Position numbers and translations under genes: made by a program. Below are positions 60,759-64,000 of a stretch of 64,000 nt of DNA, in pieces. The stretch is taken from NCBI GenBank assembly GCA_050084515.1, contig CM114271.1, forward strand, positions 8,432,001-8,496,000, written 5' to 3'. Numbering within the stretch: the first letter of the stretch is position 1; each line of letters begins with the position of its first letter. The notes beneath the pieces are model-generated. The model had not been told where the DNA came from. It saw only the letters and a program-made list of their open reading frames with translations, and made no database searches. Source of the DNA: Blasia pusilla. Lineage: Eukaryota.

Positions 60759-63700
60759 ATGACGAGGAAAAAATCACAAGCCAACAAGTCTTGGAGCTTC
60801 ACTCCGAAGTCCATTAGGACTCCTGCGTCAGCATCTCCTGGGCCTCATTCGGCGAATGAAATTAGGCAACAGGAAATCGAGGAGCGGGAAAGGGAAGCGG
60901 AGATGCACAACCAAGTTCTTCTTGCGAGACGTGTTCAAGAGGCGCTCGATAAACAGAACGCAGAGGCTGAGACGTCGCAGGCCTTGAAGAAAAGGATCGC
61001 CGACGAAAAGAGAGAAAAGAAGCGTATGGAAGCGTCAGTGAGGAGAGCAAAATTGGCTAAAGCGAGGAGGGAAAAAGCGATAGCCATTGACGATAGCCAT
61101 GCCCGTCCAACCAAAAGTTTTGAGATGCGGGAAATGTCCCCCATGAAGTCCAGGGACATAATCAACATAGTGGAAACGCCAGAATTTCAAATCGATGACA
61201 ACGAGGTCATGAGGACCGCCAGTGTGGAGATGGTGGACTTGACCGAAGAAGCCGGAGAGCGGTTATTCTCGACTCCAAGCCCGGCGGAGGACATCGACCT
61301 CTATCGGATCGACGAGTTCCCAGTCGATCTGCCAGCTTCTGTCTCAGACAAGTTGGCTAGTCAAGAAACCGACCCCATTTTCAAGCGGGTAAGAGAGGAT
61401 CTGGGTTTTTTGAATTATGTGAATTGCAATTTATTGGGAATTCAGTGTAGCTTATTGATCTTGTCCCGGTTCTGACAGGTGGTAAAGCAGATGGCACTCA
61501 TGGAGGGCCACAACGCCCCGAGGATTCCACTCTGCCGATTGCGGACAATGGAATATGTCCGCGAAATTCAGTTCGATGAGGACATCGTGAAGCTTAAACA
61601 ATCGGCGGCGACAACATCCTACGTCGACAGCTTTCCTCCCTTCTATGTTCAGCCTTATGACGAGCATGGAACCCAAGCTCTGGTTATGGAGGAGGACTTG
61701 GAAAAGCTCGACACATTTTGGAGGATGCGAGACCAGGATTTCAGAAGGCAAGTCGAGGGCACGGAATTTAGCTGGATGAGGAATCTGCATTTCTTCATCT
61801 GGGATGGAAATCACAGGTTCATGGCGTGGACCAAGTTTGCAGAGGAGCGGCCCAACTCATTGGAGGCACATTTTTGCGTGAAGGCAGTGGTCCTTCACCC
61901 ATTCCGTCATCACATGGCGACGGTGGAGATGGCAATGCATGCCATGAACACGTGAGTATCTTTAACACTTACGCAACTCGTCGGGACGGTTGTTGGGATG
62001 CTTTAACACTTACGCAACTCGTCGGACTCCGACGAGTTGCTCGATTGATGAATGGGTTAGGTTTTTTTTTGCTGAAAGCAACTCGTCGGAGTCCGACGGG
62101 TTGCTCGACTCGACGCTTTTTCGGATGTTTTTTTAAGAATGTAACTCGTCGGACTCCGACGAGTTGTTCGATTGACCACAGATTTAATTAGTTTTTGGCC
62201 CAAAGCAAACCGTCGGAGTCCGACGGGTTGCTCGACTCGCCGCCTTGTCAGGATGTTTTTTGAAGAATGCAACTCGTCGGACTTTGACGAGTTGTTCGAC
62301 TGACTGCAGATTTAGAATTTTTTTTGCCCAAAGCAACCCGTCGGAGTACGACGGGTTGCTTGCTTCGAAACTTTTTTTGGCCGAAATCAACCCGTCGGAG
62401 TCCGACGGGTTGCATTCGGAAGTTGGTTCCCCAAATTTCGCGTCAAATTGCAAGTTTCCATTCAATTGCGCAACCTGTCGGACTCCGATGCGTTGCTATG
62501 TTCACGTTAGTATGTTCAGTTGCACAACCCGTCGAAGTCCGACGGGTTGAAACCAGGCATTAGCAAATCTGAACGCAATCCGTCGGACTCCAACGGGTTG
62601 CATCATTTAGCTCGTTCCTAGAATCCGACCTTGAGTTGTGACGACTCCGACGGGTTGCACGAACCCATGTAATTTCCTGACGGGTTGAGTTTGGATGTGC
62701 AGGATTGTATCGGAGGGGAATGTCATCCACCACTAGATCCATGACTGCGATCGGGTGAGGAAGATGCTTACGACGCACCTGAGAGAGTATAGGGGGTTCT
62801 TGGGCGATGCCCTTGTCAATCAGATGCTTGCAAAGGGTGCTCAGATTAAAAAGAAAACTTGGGCAAATAAGTTTATTTCCCAAGATGCAACTGTAACCAT
62901 CCTTTGCTGGTTGAAGATACAGGCCGCGAAGAAGAGCGCTGCACTGGAGCTGGAGCGGAGGGAGAAGGTATTTGCGTCTGAGCGCGCGAAATTCATCCAA
63001 GCTGTAGTATCTGCAGCAACAAAATATACGGCGAGCAAGATGCAGCGATACATCAGCATTCTCAACCCCGAACTTGGTCCGGAGTCCTACAAGGAGCTGA
63101 AGGCGATTATCAAGCGCCAGCGGAAAAGGGATGAAGATCCGCATGGTCGGATTGGGGAGAAAGTGTCCTTGGATCGCGTGCATCGGTTTGCGTTGTTCGG
63201 CATAAGCGAAGAGGATCTGACTGATGAAAATCAGTCTCGAGGGCACAAAGGCCCAGAAGAGGGCGGCACACCATCCTCCGGGTGTGTCCAATCCAGTGAT
63301 CTCCCACTGGCTACGCGAATGGTCGTTCTGGGACGCGTTGCGGGTTATCGGGAAGTCCGTGCTGGACGGTCTACAAGCGGAGCTCAGAAGATTAGAGCCC
63401 ATCCCGGATGAAGCAAACCTTGAAAGTTCTGGAGATTTCGAGGTTTGGCTCGACGACATCCGGACAAGCCAACCAAAACCCAGGATTCAAGACAATGTTC
63501 AAGGTTTGCGTCCTCCCTCAGCGAGCTTGACGAAGAAGTAGAGGGGAACAAACGGGATCAAGCAAAGAAGAAGCGAGATCTGAGCAGACGGCCGATGCGT
63601 TCGACTAAAAGCGCCCAACGGATGGTCTTGGTACCTCGTCCGTGTAAGAATGCAGTGCGTGGGGAAAATTACCGGCAGCCTTGAAATTGTGGGCTTCGCC

Positions 63701-64000
63701 GCCCAATGCAGAGACATTCTCCATGTACGACATGGAGATGGGGCAGCACATGTCCGATTGATAGATGGAGAATTTCCCCATTTGGCTCGACTTCAACGAC
63801 CCTGAAGACATCACTGATAAGGATTTACGAGTGCTTCATGATGCAGTGGCCTCAGGACAAGACGACATCCCCAATTTCGTGCAGCTTGAAGACTTCTTCG
63901 GAGGAGATGCAGAAGAGCAGGCCCACGAGACAGCTGAGTTGGCTTCCAAGGTCCGCACAACCAAAGACAAATCCACAGCGGGTCTCAAAGGCAACGCGAG
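60759..64000 (+). pseudogene. Spliced accessory gene with ParB/Sulfiredoxin-like domain (copy 2; 3' end outside the window)
   Basis: Exon 1 60759-61388; GT-AG intron 61389-61478 (phase 0); exon 2 61479-61951 (RIPLCRL..VR...FFIWDGNHRFMAW...AMHAMN); intron 61952-62702 (phase 2, restores the frame); exon 3 from 62703 with stops and frameshifts. Confidence 0.8.
61970..62660. repeat. Intronic palindrome array, 63-64-bp period
   Basis: Unit starts at 62014, 62078, 62141, 62205, 62269 and 62333; a perfect core lies at 62388-62412. Confidence 0.95.

Larger units (their letters stand above)
50411..64000 (-). mobile_element. Two-gene MULE-type DNA transposon, copy 2 (best preserved; runs off the window)
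   Basis: Transposase on minus at 59546-55595 and ParB-like gene on plus from 60759. The end sequence ggtgcggtaagaggagagg at about 50411 matches the reverse complement of 44987-45005. Confidence 0.85.

Noticed and set aside
61479-61955. Bacterial parB from contamination or a plasmid
   Set aside because: The gene has GT-AG introns conserved in two copies, sits among plant retroelements, and has no parA neighbour.
61970-62660. CRISPR array (palindromic 27-bp repeats with ~36-bp spacers)
   Set aside because: The spacers are related to each other (alternating types), the repeats are degenerate, the arrays lie in spliceosomal introns, and no cas genes are present.
62560-63459. 299-aa minus-strand ORF
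   Set aside because: Antisense to exon 3 of the ParB-like gene, and not open in copy 1.

Overview
Repeat-saturated, methylation-eroded eukaryotic DNA (plant-like, most consistent with a non-seed plant or other streptophyte). I could not support any host gene; the window is a nest of transposons. (1) A two-gene DNA transposon family is present as two large copies (about 25141-45005 and 50411->64000) plus two fragments. It pairs a spliced Mutator/MULE-type transposase (DDE, C-terminal SWIM) head-to-head with a spliced gene carrying a ParB/Sulfiredoxin-like DGNHR domain. Its large introns and intergenic region are filled with phased copies of a 27-bp palindrome, GCAACCCGTCGGA-N-TCCGACGGGTTGC. 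(2) A Ty3/Gypsy element has a C5-cytosine methyltransferase domain between protease and RT, and a PHD finger after integrase. (3) Athila-like Gypsy elements carry an extra 3' ORF: one is bounded by two LTRs but has lost most of its RT, and there are fragments and three solo LTRs. (4) A truncated Copia, a LINE with a 15-bp TSD, and a chromovirus-like pol fragment are also present. Nearly all coding regions are pseudogenised. All domain calls come from motif recognition by eye, not database searches.
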